Positions 12,750-26,494 of a stretch of DNA of 64,000 nucleotides are shown here, piece after piece (positions within the stretch are counted from its first letter, which is position 1; every line of letters starts with the position of its first letter). The translations under genes were made by a program, and so were the position numbers. The DNA comes from Octopus bimaculoides. Its lineage: Eukaryota. The DNA lies in NCBI RefSeq assembly GCF_001194135.2, contig NC_068982.1:85977764-86041763 (forward strand), given 5' to 3'. The notes below the pieces were generated by a model that was given only the letters and a program-made list of their open reading frames with translations, did no database searches and had not been told where the DNA came from.

Positions 12750-15000
12750 TTTTCCTTTCTGTGAGTGCGCTTTTCTTCAGTGGCAAGTTTCAGTCTTTCT
12801 CCCCCTTGCTCCATCTCCTTGTGTAGTATTCATCTCCAGTGTGGGTGATCATTTGCAATCTCCTCCCATCTCAGGACGTCCATATCTATTGACTTCATAT
12901 CTCTCTTGCAGATGTTCATGAAACAAAAATGAGGTCATTCTTGTGCTCTTGAGCTGTTGGTCAATTCCCCCCATACAGGAGGTCTTTTGGGATCCTCCTA
13001 TCTGGCATATAATATACTTGATCAAGCCAATGCACACAGTGCTGTTGGAGCAGGATGAATATGCTGGGTATCTTGGTATGATTGAGAACTTTAATGTTAG
13101 TGACTTGGTTAGACAACTTAATGTCCAAAATGTATCTTAGGCTATGAAGGTGGAAGATGCTGAGATGCTGTTCTTGTCTGGAGTAGAAGCTCTATCTTGC
13201 TGCTGTAAAGTAGTGTGCTGAGGATGCACACCTTGTAGACAGCAATCTTGGTGTTTGGGATCAGTTTTCTTTTCTCCAAGGCTCTCTTGGCAAATGAAAA
13301 GGATGCGTATCCAACTCACCTGCTGATCCCAGGGTTCAATAAGAGATTATCAGTGATGTCAGAGACAGGATAGGTGAATTCATCAACTACTTTCAGCTCA
13401 TATGTGCTGATGATGATTGTGATAGTGGGGAATGCTTGACACTTTTGCTCAATATTTCTTCAGACTGAATTTCTGGCAGGCTCTTCAGAAGTGCTGCATT
13501 TGCTCATCAGAGAGCACTGTCAATACTGCATCATAAACAAACAGCATTTCTCTGAACTCAGGATTTCACTTTCAGCCTTGAGAGACTAAACACTTTCCCA
13601 TCTGATCTGGTGTGGAGATAGACACCATCAGTTGATGTTCCAAAAATGTGTTTCAGCATGACTGCGAAAAAGATGTTTCACACTGCTGCATATGTTGAAA
13701 GCCTTCAAAGAAGAGCAATTATTTTGAACAACACCTTTCATATCCAACATGAAACAACTGGACTATCCTGAGGAGTCTCGGAGGTCAACCAATCTTGGCA
13801 AGAATTTTGAACAGACCGTCTCTACTAACTTGGTTGAAAGCCTTCATGAAGTCAATGAAGGTAATGTAGAGTGGTTGTTTTTGCTCTTGGCACTTCTCCT
13901 GTAGCTATCAAAGAGAGATCATGTTGATGATGGAGTATTCTGAACTGAAACCACATTAGATTCAGGGCATAACCTGTCAGCAATTTTCTGTAGGCTTTTC
14001 AGGACCATGCAGGCAAAGACCTTCCTGACAATGCTTTGTAGTGAGCTGCCTCATAGCTATTGCAGTCACTTCTGTACCCTTTGTTCTTATAGAGGTAGGC
14101 AAAGTTGCAGCCTCTCATATAATGTGGGACTGTTCCTTCTTCCCAGCACTGACAGTAGTTTCAGCAAGTTTCTGAGTATAACTCTCTTTGCATACCTGAT
14201 ATCCTCTGGTGGGATGCCATCTGATCCCAGTGCCATCCCTGTGGGTAAGCCATCAATGGCTCTGCTCAGTTCTTCAGTGGTAAGCAATGTGTCTAACTCC
14301 TCCATGATGGGTAGGTGTTCCATGGTGTCTAGTGCACTGAGATGTTGTTTTCCTTGGTGTAGAGTTCAGAGTAATATACCACCCATCTCTCCAATTTCTC
14401 TCTTTTATCCTTGATGATCTTCCCTGTTTTGGATTTGAGTGGAGTTATCTTGCTCTGGGTTGAACCAATCGCTTTCTTGATGCCCTCGTACATTTCGCAA
14501 ATGCCGCCTGTGTCAAACAACAGTTGGATGTCTTTGCATAATTGTAACCAGTAGTCATTTACACAGCACCTTATTGTCTTCTGCATGTTGTCCCTTGCTG
14601 ATCTCAATGCTTGCAGCATTGCTCTAGTGGATTGGTGTTCGTGCTTCAACAGAGCAACGTGCTTCACTTCCATGCATGTACTGAGCTCATTCGCACATTC
14701 CTCAAACCAGTCCTGTATCATTCTCCACCTCCACCAAAGGCTTTCAATGTAGTGCCATGGATGGTGTTCCTGAGAGAGTCCCATCTCTGTTGAACATTAC
14801 CTTCTGGTGGGTCTGTGAGGAAGGTGACTTGAGGAGTGCATCTGCCTTGCTTGACTGCTGGGTTGCAGTAGCATTTATATACTGCTTGCCCAGAGACTTG
14901 CACAGTGCATCAGTTTTGGTTGGAGTTTGAGATTGTAGCAAACCATTTTTATCCATAATAAATCCAAAATAAGACATAGCATAATTGATTTCAAATTCTG
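12750..15000 (-). mobile_element. RTE/BovB-like LINE, degraded ORF (linker + RT + C-terminus)
   Basis: ORF 14329-14784 (NDYWLQLCKDIQ...GIKKAIG...PLKSKTGKIIKDKREKLERW..YSELY), ORF 14087-14323 (EELSRAID..TGMALGSDGIPPE), and minus-strand EKCQEQKQPLYITFIDFMKAF near 13850-13900. Confidence 0.9.
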
Positions 15001-17369
15001 ACACAAGGGCCAACAAGTTTGGGGGAGGGGTAAGTCAATTACATCAACCCCAGTGTTCAACAGGTACTTGCTAGCTCACCACCATAAGACATAACATAAT
15101 AGTCACATTATATAAAATGTTTTGTAGAAATATATGTTTATTTAGTAATTTGATTGCCCATTTCTTGAAATTCTGGCTCAAACCCGATACTTGAAGCCTT
15201 GGATTCATGTTCTGTTTCAGCTGTCACCATGTAGGAATACAAGTAGCATCAGTATGCATTAATTCTATATGAGCGACCGTGGCAGTACCCTTGTTGTTAG
15301 TTTTGTGTTTTTTCACCATCTTGTCATCAGATTTGGCAATGGCCATATTGAATTCTTGAGAAATTTTTCTTTCTTATGATATAAAAATCTTTCAGAAAAT
15401 ATATTCTTTTCTAAGTGAGAATTGATAAAATTTTTACTTTTATATATCAAAATGATTATCTGACCTACCCTGATTGATTTTTATATCAAAGTAAAGCAAA
15501 AACAGTGCTCTTCATGACTATCATTTTCAATACAAACCAAGTTATAGTGCCCCAGTACATTGAACTAGAATGAAGGCTGCTGTTCAACAATAAGAAACAA
15601 AAATGGGACAAATCTTGTGAATACCAGGGTAATTGAAGGAACTGGGCATGAGTTGTAGTTGATGGATTTTGATCAAAAGTATATGAGAAGAAAGTTCATA
15701 TCCAGAAATTTCAAATGATATATAATTGTCTATGGAAAAAATGTATTTTGACATGAAACTGACCAAGCAAAAAGTGGGTTTCTTGCATGGTCAAACTGTG
15801 CTTGTCTCTCGTCTATGGAGCTCTATCGTGATACCTAATTATATACATTCTAATAATAATAGAATAACAGAGTTAAAAACTTTAATCCAAGAGATACACA
15901 ATTAACAAATTACACCTAAAAACTGAGCCCATACATAAAACAGTAAAATTTTAGTATGCAGACCAAAAATTAAAATAAATATTTATTTGAAATAACAGCT
16001 ATAGGAAAAAGTCTTACAATTATGACCATAACAACACTGACACTATTAAGAGAAGGAATGAACAAGTGAAGCATCTATATAGTTACTTGACTTGCTAAAA
16101 ATAACAACCAAATCTTCCTCAAATCACACCCCATTGCCTTAGAAAAGAACATATTAGATAATATAATAGATAATTCAAGATACAATATACCTCCAAAAAG
16201 AGTGATTCATCATATCTAGAACACATTTTGTTATAGGTGTGCTCAATTAGAGTTGATCTGGTGCTAAATAACAATAACCAAAACAATCAAAATATTTACA
16301 TAATTCAACTCACAATCAATCCATGACCTTTTTATGGCATAATGATTCCAAGATTGAAATATCCTAATATCAGTAGGAAGTTGTCCAGGAAAGATATTTG
16401 GTTGCTATTTCTAGCAAGTCTTGTGTATTAAAAAATACTACAAAATAGCAGAATTTGAAATTAGAGAACTTTCGACATTACAAACCAAAAATTGTAACTT
16501 AAGATGAGTGATTTCCCTTGATCAGGATCATGGAGCAAATTTGGATTATCACCCTTAAACTATAATTTGTTCCCACAATTTTGGAACAATTGATCAAGTC
16601 CACTTGAGGGCGCTACTAATTATATAACTATTGTTTTGGTTCCACTACAACAATAGAGCAGCTACCATTTCATCTGCGACTATCATATTTCATGATACAC
16701 CATGTTTGATCCATAACAGTTGCACTGTATTTTGCATGTGTGCACATTCACTACATTAAGTTCTCTGTTCAAAGCTGTTTTCTGCATTTTAACAACACCA
16801 GCATTTTGTGTGTAAACATCTCAACATAAAATTAAATTATTTCTGAAATGAAATAAGCATCTGAAATTCTTTGCCTCAGTACATGAGCCAGTGGTGTTAC
16901 TTCAACACGTGGAAGGTCGATGGTGCCATTTTCTTTCAGTTTTGCACTGCATCTCGATATCTATGATTAACTAGTATCATTGGACAACATACAACAGAGG
17001 TTTTATAAAAGTGAATGCAAAACTAGCACTGAAAGAATAAAATAATTACTTCATTCAGTTGTTGGTGCAACATCAAAGAGATACAAACACACACTCAAGA
17101 GAACAAAAGAACACCCTAACCTCAAAATCAATAACAGCAAAATAGGAAAACTACTAAAAGAAAGCTAGAATGTTTATCAAGACTATGGATACAATGGATT
17201 AAAGAAAAAAAAACACAAAGGAAAAATAGCAAGGCAAGGGAAGTGTTCACAAAATTAAATGAAGTTAATTCAAGAAATTTCAACAAAAACATTAAGGAAT
17301 TTGGCATCCATGAAGGTTTTTTTAATACATGAAATATTTAAGATACTGTAGAAGATTAAAAATGTCAGT

Positions 17370-18553
17370 TGCAGAAATAAAAATATTACCAAGAAAAACA
17401 GGAACAGAATAATCAAAGTCCCTTCAGGGAGATAGCTCTGTTTGATATGTAAGAAGGGTGTTGGTAGAAACTCCATGCATTGTACCCAGTGCAAGCTATG
17501 GACACATGAGGGCTAGTGGTATCACAGGAAGGTTAACAGAGAAAACAGTCTTTGTGAGTGGCAAATGTGCGAGTACAATAAACATTAAAAATGCTCAGAC
17601 AACACACTTCCTCAAATGCTCAGGAGGATCCTTAAAAGTAGTAGATAGTTTTTGTTACCTAGGTGATTGAGTTAGCAGTAGAGGGGGAAGTTCTAAAAGC
17701 ATAGTTGCTAGAATAAGAATGGGTTGGGCAAAGTTCAGAGAGCTTCTACCTTTGTTGGTAACAAAGGGCCTCTCCCTCAGAGTGAAAGGCAGATTGTATG
17801 ATGCCTGTCTATATGTAAAGCTATGTTATATGGCAGTGAAATATGGGCTGTGACTACAAAGGACTTGCAAAGACTTGGAAGAAATGAAACTAGAATGCTA
17901 CACTGGATTGGTAATGTCAGTGTGTATACATGACAGAATGTAAATGATTTAAGAGGAAAGCTGGATATAAGAGGCATCAGATGTTGTGTACAAGAGAGAA
18001 GAATACTGGTATGGTCATGTGATGCATTTGGATGAGGAAAGCTGCATAAAGAAGTGCCAATCTCTAATTGTGGAAAAAAACCTGTGGAAGGGGTAGACCC
18101 AGGAAGATGTGGGACAATGTGGTGGGAAAGAATCTTCAGATGCTGGGCCTCACTGAGGCAATGACAAGCGACCAGGACTTGTGGTAATTTGCTGCACTTA
18201 AGAAGACGTGTCAAGCTAAGTAAAATTGTGGCCATCCATACAAGCATGTCCTTTATGGCTATGCCCCCACTCCCTCTCCCAGCTGAGAGGTTTTTATCTT
18301 ACAGGTGCTGGTGCCATATAAAATGTACTCATGCCAGTGCTACATAAATACAACCATGTTGGTGGCATGTTAAAAGCACCCAACACACTCTATAAAGTGG
18401 TTGGCATTAGGAAGGGTATCTAGCCATAGAAACCATGGAAAAACAGATAATTAAAGTCTGGACAGCTCTCCAGTTGGCCAGATTCTGTCAAACCATCCAA
18501 TTCATGCCAGCATGGAAAACGGATATTAAACAATGATGATGATGATGATGATG
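17370..18553 (+). mobile_element. 5'-truncated RTE LINE with 3' UTR and (GAT)n tail
   Basis: VDSFCYLGD motif, ARIRMGWAKFRELLPLL, GRPRKMW-like C-terminus, then 3' UTR ending CATGCCAGCATGGAAAACGGA..(GAT)n. Confidence 0.85.
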
Positions 18554-18761
18554 AAACATTGAAAAGAAAGCTGTTAATCATGACAATAAAAGGTAACATG
18601 AGTTATAATGACAACTAAAATAGAAAGTAAAAAGAATAGACTGATGTAATTTACCTATAAAAATAGTTTTAGTATTTTTATGAAAAGAAAAAGCTAACAA
18701 CTAGAAAACCCCTGGAATTGACATAATGCTAAAAGTTTACTTGAAGCATCTTACGTACACA

Positions 18762-18796
<35 letters not shown>

Positions 18797-18879
18797 GCCT
18801 TTAAATGAACTAGTACAAAGCAATTTTGTCCAGCATGCTAATAATTCCTCCAGCTCATTACCTTAATAATAATAATAAC

Positions 18880-19110
18880 AATCCTTTCTACTATAGGCAC
18901 AAGGCCTGAAATTTTTTTGGGGGGAGGGGGAGATAGTCGATTACACTGACCCTGGTACTCAACAGGTACTTAATTTATCAACCCCAAAAGGATGAAAGGC
19001 AATGTTGATCTCAGTGGAATTTGAACTCAGATCAGAGCAACAAGCAAAATGCTGCTAGGCATTTCATCCAGCATGCTAACGATTCTGCCAGCTTGCACCT
19101 TAATAATAAT
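18880..19110 (-). mobile_element. Second tRNA-derived SINE family (Meta-domain-like centre)
   Basis: Minus strand: AGCTGGCAGAATCGTTAGCATGCTGG...GAGTTCAAATTCC...GCCTTTCATCCTTTTGGGGTTGATAAATTAAGTACC. Fragments also at ~15025-15070 and ~24045-24145. The domain assignment is from memory. Confidence 0.65.
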
Positions 19111-19879
19111 AATAATAACACAATGAGAAAACTGGAGATATTTAGCAACAAGAACACCAGGGATGTTTAACATGTGACAAACAATAAAAAATTGCTCCAA
19201 AATCTGTACCCACCCTAAAAAAAAAACAAAAAAACACCAGGATTGAAAACAACAAATGTAACCTAAAAAACAAAAAAAAAATGTTACCAAAGTGTTCAAC
19301 CATAACCAAGTAAGTAATATTCATTAAAATTTATTTGTTTTTCACATCAAATGATATATTATAAATACAAGGTTATTATGAGCCATCATATGGTAACTAG
19401 AATATCATGAGAGACGATCTGTTTTATTAGTTTGCAGTGCACCCTGTTGGGTTTCTGTGACTGAAGAGAAGATAATCACTCCAAAATGTTTGCATCTCAC
19501 AGTCTAGGTAGGTGGTGCTGTGAGCAGATTTTAAGAGTATTTACACCATGTCTCTACAGCAAGAAGTTTGCTCCATGACAAAACAGGGAATGGCTTTTCT
19601 TACGGGTTTGAATATGCCCCAAATATATTTGAACTGATAACAACCTTATATTTATACACATCACTGCTTAGCACTGGTACCTCATAATATTTAAATGTTT
19701 ACAATCTCCAACATTCATGCAACACATGTAAACACGGTTGCCAGATTACAGTTCATATTAATAACAGATCACTTCTGTCCCTCACCATCATACACAAGAA
19801 ATTAAGAAAAATTTAAATAATACCTGTATTATTTAACCTAACAATAATAAATGGGAGGTGTGTACTTCAAACTTATTAC

Positions 19880-22800
19880 ACAAAAAGTGTGAAAAATTAC
19901 ATGTGCAAAACTCTTTAGCCCCCAAGCCAAATGGACCAGTACCCTACGAAAATGAGGACAATCTAAATAAAGGTCCAGACATTGTTCTTCATACCCAACA
20001 AATAAAAAAAAAAAAAAAAANNNNNNNNNNAAAAAAAAAAAAAAAAAAACATAAGTGGACATGAGATGAATATGTTTTTATCTTACATGCTTGTTTTACA
20101 GCAGTATTCTATCCACAAAATGAGAATACAACAACATACTCATATAAAGTCTGGAAGAAAAATAACCAGATCTGGATATACCAATGAATCCTAACAAACT
20201 AGCCAACAGGAGGAGATATGTTCTCAAAACAAGAAATATATCAGAAATTGAAATAGAGCATTTAAAAGAAAAACTACATGCAAATGCTCATAGAATACTT
20301 AGCAATAACATAAGTGCTGAAAGTGTAAAACATGAAAATAGGCATAACATGTGCAACCTAAATGAAGTAAGTAATGAAACACAACAAACTCAACCCCTAG
20401 GAATGCATAAAGATGACAAAAATACACTAAATCAGAACAACATAAACAAAATATAAACAGGAAGCAATGTGGAGCAAACAGGAGTATTACAACCTAAACA
20501 AATGGTATAGAAAACTGATATCCAGAAAAAAGATAGAAAATAAAAGGAAAAATCTATCAATCCTTAAATTAGTAACCAAGCAACAGTACTAAGTAAAAAA
20601 GAAAGAAAAATACATAACAAAACAAGATGTACCTAAAACAAAAGAACATCTAAAGTAAGATATCTTCACCAAAGTACAAAGAATCTGTTGGTATGAAAAA
20701 TGCCAACGATTCTTTGAACAAAATAAGCAGTTTAACTCCAATCCCAAACAATTCTATCAAGAACTTGGTAAAAAATGAAATAGAGCACCAGCAGCAGAAG
20801 AAATGGAAGAACTTTAGAAAGAAGTATGGGTAGTGAAGGAATTACCCCAGAAAAGATCAATTAGAACAACAAACAGTATCTGAACAACTCTGGACATCCA
20901 TAGCAGAAGTAACACTGGTACTGCAAACATTAAACAAATGGAAAGCACCAGGACACAACAAAATACCCAATTTCTGGCTTAAAGTATTTAAATAGGATAC
21001 ACAAGGTACTGGAAGAGCAGTTCAATGAGATGTTAATGGAGTCAGGGACATCTGAATGACTCACAGAAGTGGAAAATCATCCTAATTCCTAAATCAACTG
21101 AAACTACAAATCCACAAAACTACAGACCCATAACATGTCTTCCTACAACCTACAAAGTCTTAACTGCAATAATATCGTGGGTGGTGTAAAGACTCATATG
21201 GCTGTAAAGACCAGTTATTGATTAACAAAGCCATAACTGAAGACTGCCAAAAGAAAAAGAAGTGCTTAAGCATGACTTGGATTGATTACCAAAAGGCTTT
21301 TGACATTATTCTCCACATATGGATCCTGGAAACACTAGCCATGAACAAGGTAGCACCAACAATAATAAAATATATAAAACATGTCATAAATAAATGGTAA
21401 ACAGTTCTGCAGTTATAGACAGAAGGAGGAATCATAAAAACTAAAGCCACCCCCCATTAAGAGAAGGAATATATCAAGACTTGCTATCTCTACTCCTTTT
21501 ATGTCACGCACCAACTCCTTTAACCAACATGTTAAACAGTACTGAATGTGGATATAACTGCTTCAGTAAAACAATCAACCATTTCTTGTATATGGATGAG
21601 CTCAATCTGTATCCTGCAAGTGATAATTAACTGGAAACATTACTACAGACAAGGCTTAGATTTACCAAAGAAATGAATATGATATTTAGCTTAGAAAAAT
21701 GTGCCAAAGCAACCATGAAAATAGGAAAACTAATTAAGAATAACCATATCATGCTAGATAAAGAAAATGAAATAAGAGAATCAGACCAAACTCAGACATA
21801 CAAATACTTAGGAATCAATGAACTAGATATAATACAACACATACTAATGAAAAAGAAGATAAGGAATGAATACTATAGACTGGTGAGGTTAGTACTTAAA
21901 ATAGAGCTCAATGCAAAAAATAAAATAATAGGTATCAATACTCTAGTTGTCTCAGTTATAAGTTACAACATTCTTAATTAGACACTAAATGAATTAACCA
22001 AACTAGACAGGAAAACAAGAAAAATAATGATGTAGAATTGCTATCCATACAATGAATTGAAGGTGGTAGGGGCCATACACAACTAGAAAATTATTATAAA
22101 ATATCAACCATAAGACTGCATAAATATTTAACTCAGAACCAATGAAAACTGGTACAAATAGCCACAAAGCATGAATGAAACAATGAACTGTTCAGTCTCC
22201 AAAGAACCTGAAAAGTACAAGAAAGTCATATCTCACAACTATAAAGAAAAAGAAGAAACAACAAAAGCTGTAAACAACTAGAATCCAAGCTAAAACTAGA
22301 ACTACAAAATACCATGATAAAATGATGGCAAGAAAAGCCCTTACATGTAAATACTGGTACAGCCAAATAGAAAAGAAATAGATGAAGTATTAATCCCATC
22401 AATGGTTGAGAAGCTCAGGACTCAAAGCAGAAACTGAAGGATTTTTAATTGCAGCACAAAATCAAAGCCAAATTTGCTTTTGTATCTTATTTGCAAGATT
22501 CTTTATGTGAATTTGTGTGTTGAAACTAATTTTGTTGAATCTAGGGAGAGTCATTATGCCAATATCAATAAGACATGTACACTGGTATGCACACACACAC
22601 ACATGCAACAAAGTCATAGACAGACAGACATGACCTCTATAATGAACTAAGAGAAAAGTCATTGAAAAGGTTGCAAATAGTAACGAAAGAGCTTTGACAA
22701 AAAAAGACCAAACAATAACAAAACAAATGACTTATTGTTTAACCAACATAAACAAACAAAATCAATTAGTTAGTTAGATATTTAACCAACTGACTAATAA

Positions 22801-23420
22801 TAAAAGAGTGGAATTGAACCAGTGCAAGTGTTATCAATATTGGCATAACGACTCTCCCTAGACACAACAAAATCAAAGCCTCTCCATCAGAAACCAGCAA
22901 AAACACATAATGAAGACAAATACAATAAGTAACTGCAAAATATGTGGTAATGGGAAAGAAACAATAAATCATATTGTCCCTGGTTGCCCAGACATGACAG
23001 AATTGGGAGCTATATAAACTGGAATCTATGTCAGCACTATGGAATGACAACAGAAATAAAATGGAATAAGCCTGTTCCAGAAAAGGTCCAAGAAAATGAC
23101 AAAGCAACCATACTCTGGGATATGCCAATACACACTGATAGATCAGGGCCAATAGGTCAGATATTGTCATCAGTGACCAATAAGAAAAATGCCTTCTAAT
23201 TGACATATCAGTCCCAACAGATGACAATGTATCTCTAAAAGCAACAAAGAAACTCTCAAAGTACAAAGATGTGGAAACTGATATGATCCAAATGTGGAGC
23301 CTGAAAAAAGAAATAATCACTATAATAGGTGCACTATAATATGGTTAAAAAACATACAGACAAATACATAACCAAAACACCAGGACTTACAAATATATAT
23401 AACATACAGAAAATAGCACT
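19880..23420 (+). mobile_element. Near full-length degraded R4/Dong-like non-LTR retrotransposon (RT + CCHC + restriction-like endonuclease)
   Basis: Motifs in order: KWT..E, NKLANRRRY, KWKAPGH..IPNFWLK, NYRPITCLPT.YK, WIDYQKAFD, HFLYMDEL, FSLEKCAK, YKYLG, KAETEGFLIAAQNQSL, CKICG...ETINHIVPGCP, RHDRIG..INWNLC, ILWD.PIHTD, LIDISVP.D...KLSKYKD. Many stops and frameshifts. Confidence 0.9.
22470..22866. mobile_element. 397-bp insertion in the R4 element with 14-bp TSD and internal 46-bp inverted repeat
   Basis: ACAAAATCAAAGCC is duplicated at 22456-22469 and 22867-22880; removing the insert restores AAQNQSLSIRNQQKHIM. Confidence 0.8.
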
Positions 23421-24399
23421 GCACACATCCTTTCTAAAGCACTTTCAATGCAGTGTTATTAGACACTAAAAGAAACCACAGCACATACCCAAAGCACAGA
23501 GAGCTGTGCTTGGTAGTGCAGTGAAAGCGCATGGTAAAAATAAGTCTATTGAATAATAATAATAATGCTAAAGGTTTAAATACACTTGTAATCCAAAAAA
23601 ATTTACAGGAGCATTTAGAAATAATTAAATTACACACACACACACACACACAAATACAGTTATGTATTTATACACATGTATATACACATATCCAAGCATA
23701 TACACATTTGTGTATATCAACATACATAAAAGATATAAAAATATTATATACAAATTAGCATATAATGTCTGAAAAGTAATAAACAGCCATTCATATAGGA
23801 TCAGATAATCCAAAAATCATGATTATCCCAAACAAATGCTTTCTCCAAACTTCAGTCTCAATATGAAACTTTAAAATGTTGATTTTTTTAAAAATTACAA
23901 TTTAATTACCACTTCCACACATAAAAGTTACTGAAAACCCTTTACATGGTCATTCAAACTGCAAGAAATGGCAGCCAAATCTTTCTTAAACCACACCCAA
24001 ACATTTTAAATAGTGGCAAAATTGATAATGGTTTCAACTTTAGGCACAAGGCCAGCTCTTTTTGAGGGGAAGGGGAAGTTGTTTACATCAACCCCAGTAC
24101 TTGACTGGTACTTATTTTATTGACCCTGAGAGGATGAAAGATAAAATGAAGATGGACAAAATGCTACTTTGCATTTTGCCAACTCACTAGCTTAAGGGCA
24201 CAATAGATAATAAAGTCCCAGGTTCTCTTATAAAGATGGAATGGCTATATCTGAGGACTGAGATGGGCTAAACAACATCAACAATCAGAAAGTAGTACAA
24301 CTCTATCTACTCTTACTTTCCACTTCAAGTGGTTCTTGAAGAAGTTGATGAATTATTGGTCAGAGAATAGAAGGTCTTCATTCTTTCCCACTTACTATT

Positions 24400-24800
24400 A
24401 TACTACTTTTTCCATAACGGCTACCAAGCAGATGGAAAGCTTCTTGTTTTCCCTTGCCAAAGTAAGTCGGTGGAGCAATCTTCACAATGAACTTCTATAA
24501 GAACCAAATTAGTCTGGCATGTGATAGTAGCCATTTGATTGAATTCCACACATCTGTAGTCGGTGGGTACTAAATGAGAGTACGCAACATGATTTTGTCA
24601 TTCATCCAATATCTCAGACACACTGCCATGTCTACAGAGCTTAGCTCAAACTGCAAAGCTACCACCCACTGTAGCAGTGTCAAACTGGTTTTTGGGAAAT
24701 TACTCTGTCCCTCAGGGTATTGTCAATCCCAGCTTTTAAAAGTGTGCCCCTCATTGTAACATTACTTAGGTGGCAGAGATTTGTGAATGTCTTTGTAATA
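24400..24800 (-). pseudogene. Possible highly degraded hAT (ZNF862-like) transposase fragment
   Basis: Minus-strand pieces resembling FDTATVGGSFAV*AKL followed by YSH..HRLQM (hAT DGA...CxxHRL pattern); frameshifted. Confidence 0.3.
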
Positions 24801-25960
24801 TTTCAGATGCTCTAGCAGCTAACCTTGATCCACATTAGGCTCGACACTACAGCTCAGATAATGATTTTGTTGACAACAACCACAACTGCGCAGCATCACG
24901 GAATCTCTGAAGATGTTGCAATGACAGAGTATGTTTATAGATTATTAACTATTACATTCAGTGATACCACCATTCCCATCATGTAAATGAACATTAGAAA
25001 GTAAGAAGCTTGTTCTTTTGACAAGAAGGAAAAGAGCAGATGTTCTAATTAGATTAGATATTTTATGAGGCAAAATATAGTAGTACTATATTACCAAAGT
25101 GATGCAGACATTTGGGACTTCTGCTTTCCCTTCTTGGCTAGCTTATTTTCAGTCCATTCTGAGTGAGATAAGCCATACACAACATAATTTCATTCCATTT
25201 CCTATGCATTTGAAGGTTTGGAATGAACCAAACCTAAAGACTTTACCAAGACCACTACTTCAGCAACAAAGGCTTACAAAGCATGAACTTGTCTCTCAAG
25301 GTGCTAAATTGCAAATACACTAACTCCTGATTAATTTATGTTCCTATTACAGCTTCAAATTTCTTCTTTTTGATGTGGATGACCTCAATTTCCTACACCA
25401 TGATGGTGATATAATGCACATATGCAGACACTACATTATCATTTCAAAGTTTGAATGGAATGCTCTTCAGTACAACCAACATCTATCGTTAAGGGCTTAA
25501 AGTGAAAATTATAGAAGTTGAAAGAATGGACATCTTGACAGACCAAGAGTATAATGTTAAATCATTCTGAAAGACAGTATTTATTCTTATCAGTGATCAT
25601 TTGCCACTGCATAAGGCTCTAATTTGGTTTCTGAAGATAGAATAAAGTAGACAGTACTGAGAATAGCTACTGGTTACATATGTTCATTCCTGTCAAACAC
25701 TTTTCATTTGTCTCATGATCACCTGTTCAGCACTTTTCATGTCTCAGATGCTGTTCTATGCTTTTCAGATAGTATCAGCTCTTTGCTGAGAATTGTGACA
25801 AACCATCAAAGTGGGCTTAAAAAACAACCATCTCTAGATTTCCCTTCTACTACAAGCAGTTCAGTAAAGTGCTACTGAAAAATTACACACATATGCTTTG
25901 CAAAAACACTACATGTATCTAACCTGAAACAATTTTATACTCAATAATTTAATAAATATA

Positions 25961-25992
25961 CTAGCAAACGCACCTGTCCTTTGGACAGTTTA
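25961..25992 (-). mobile_element. Helitron 3' terminus
   Basis: Minus strand: hairpin CTGTCC-AAA-GGACAG, then GTGCGTTTG-CTAG followed by T. Confidence 0.55.
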
Positions 25993-26494
25993 AGTTGCTT
26001 TGGTGGTATTTTTGTCACCAAATGATTGAACTACCAAGAAGGTTTATGAATAGCATGGCAGTCTATGTTTCTGATTAACCTAGGAATGGAAAATCAAATT
26101 GAAGGCTGGTTATTGTGGATGTTGTTGCACCTCAATGATCATAGAACATATAAGTTTGCAAGCAATACAAAGTAGAGTTACTTGAAGTGTTTTGGGAGTA
26201 GATTATGGACAATGACTACAAAATATAGTTGCTTTATATAAAAGTGAAGTTTCTTGTCAGAAACAGTCACATAAATAGTGTAAAGAAAATGAAGGGAGAC
26301 ATTGAAACCTCCCCTTTGCGAGTCTACTTTATTCAACAGCAAAGGGAGCTATTATTTCAGAGAGATAAGCTTACAAAAACCCCTTTATTCTGTCTTCCCA
26401 CATAGCCTGTGCATAAACTAACAGCAAATGCCGCATAAAGTTATATTGGTATGGATCTTTCTGAAAGATACGTATAGCCTTCGCAAGTGGAAGC

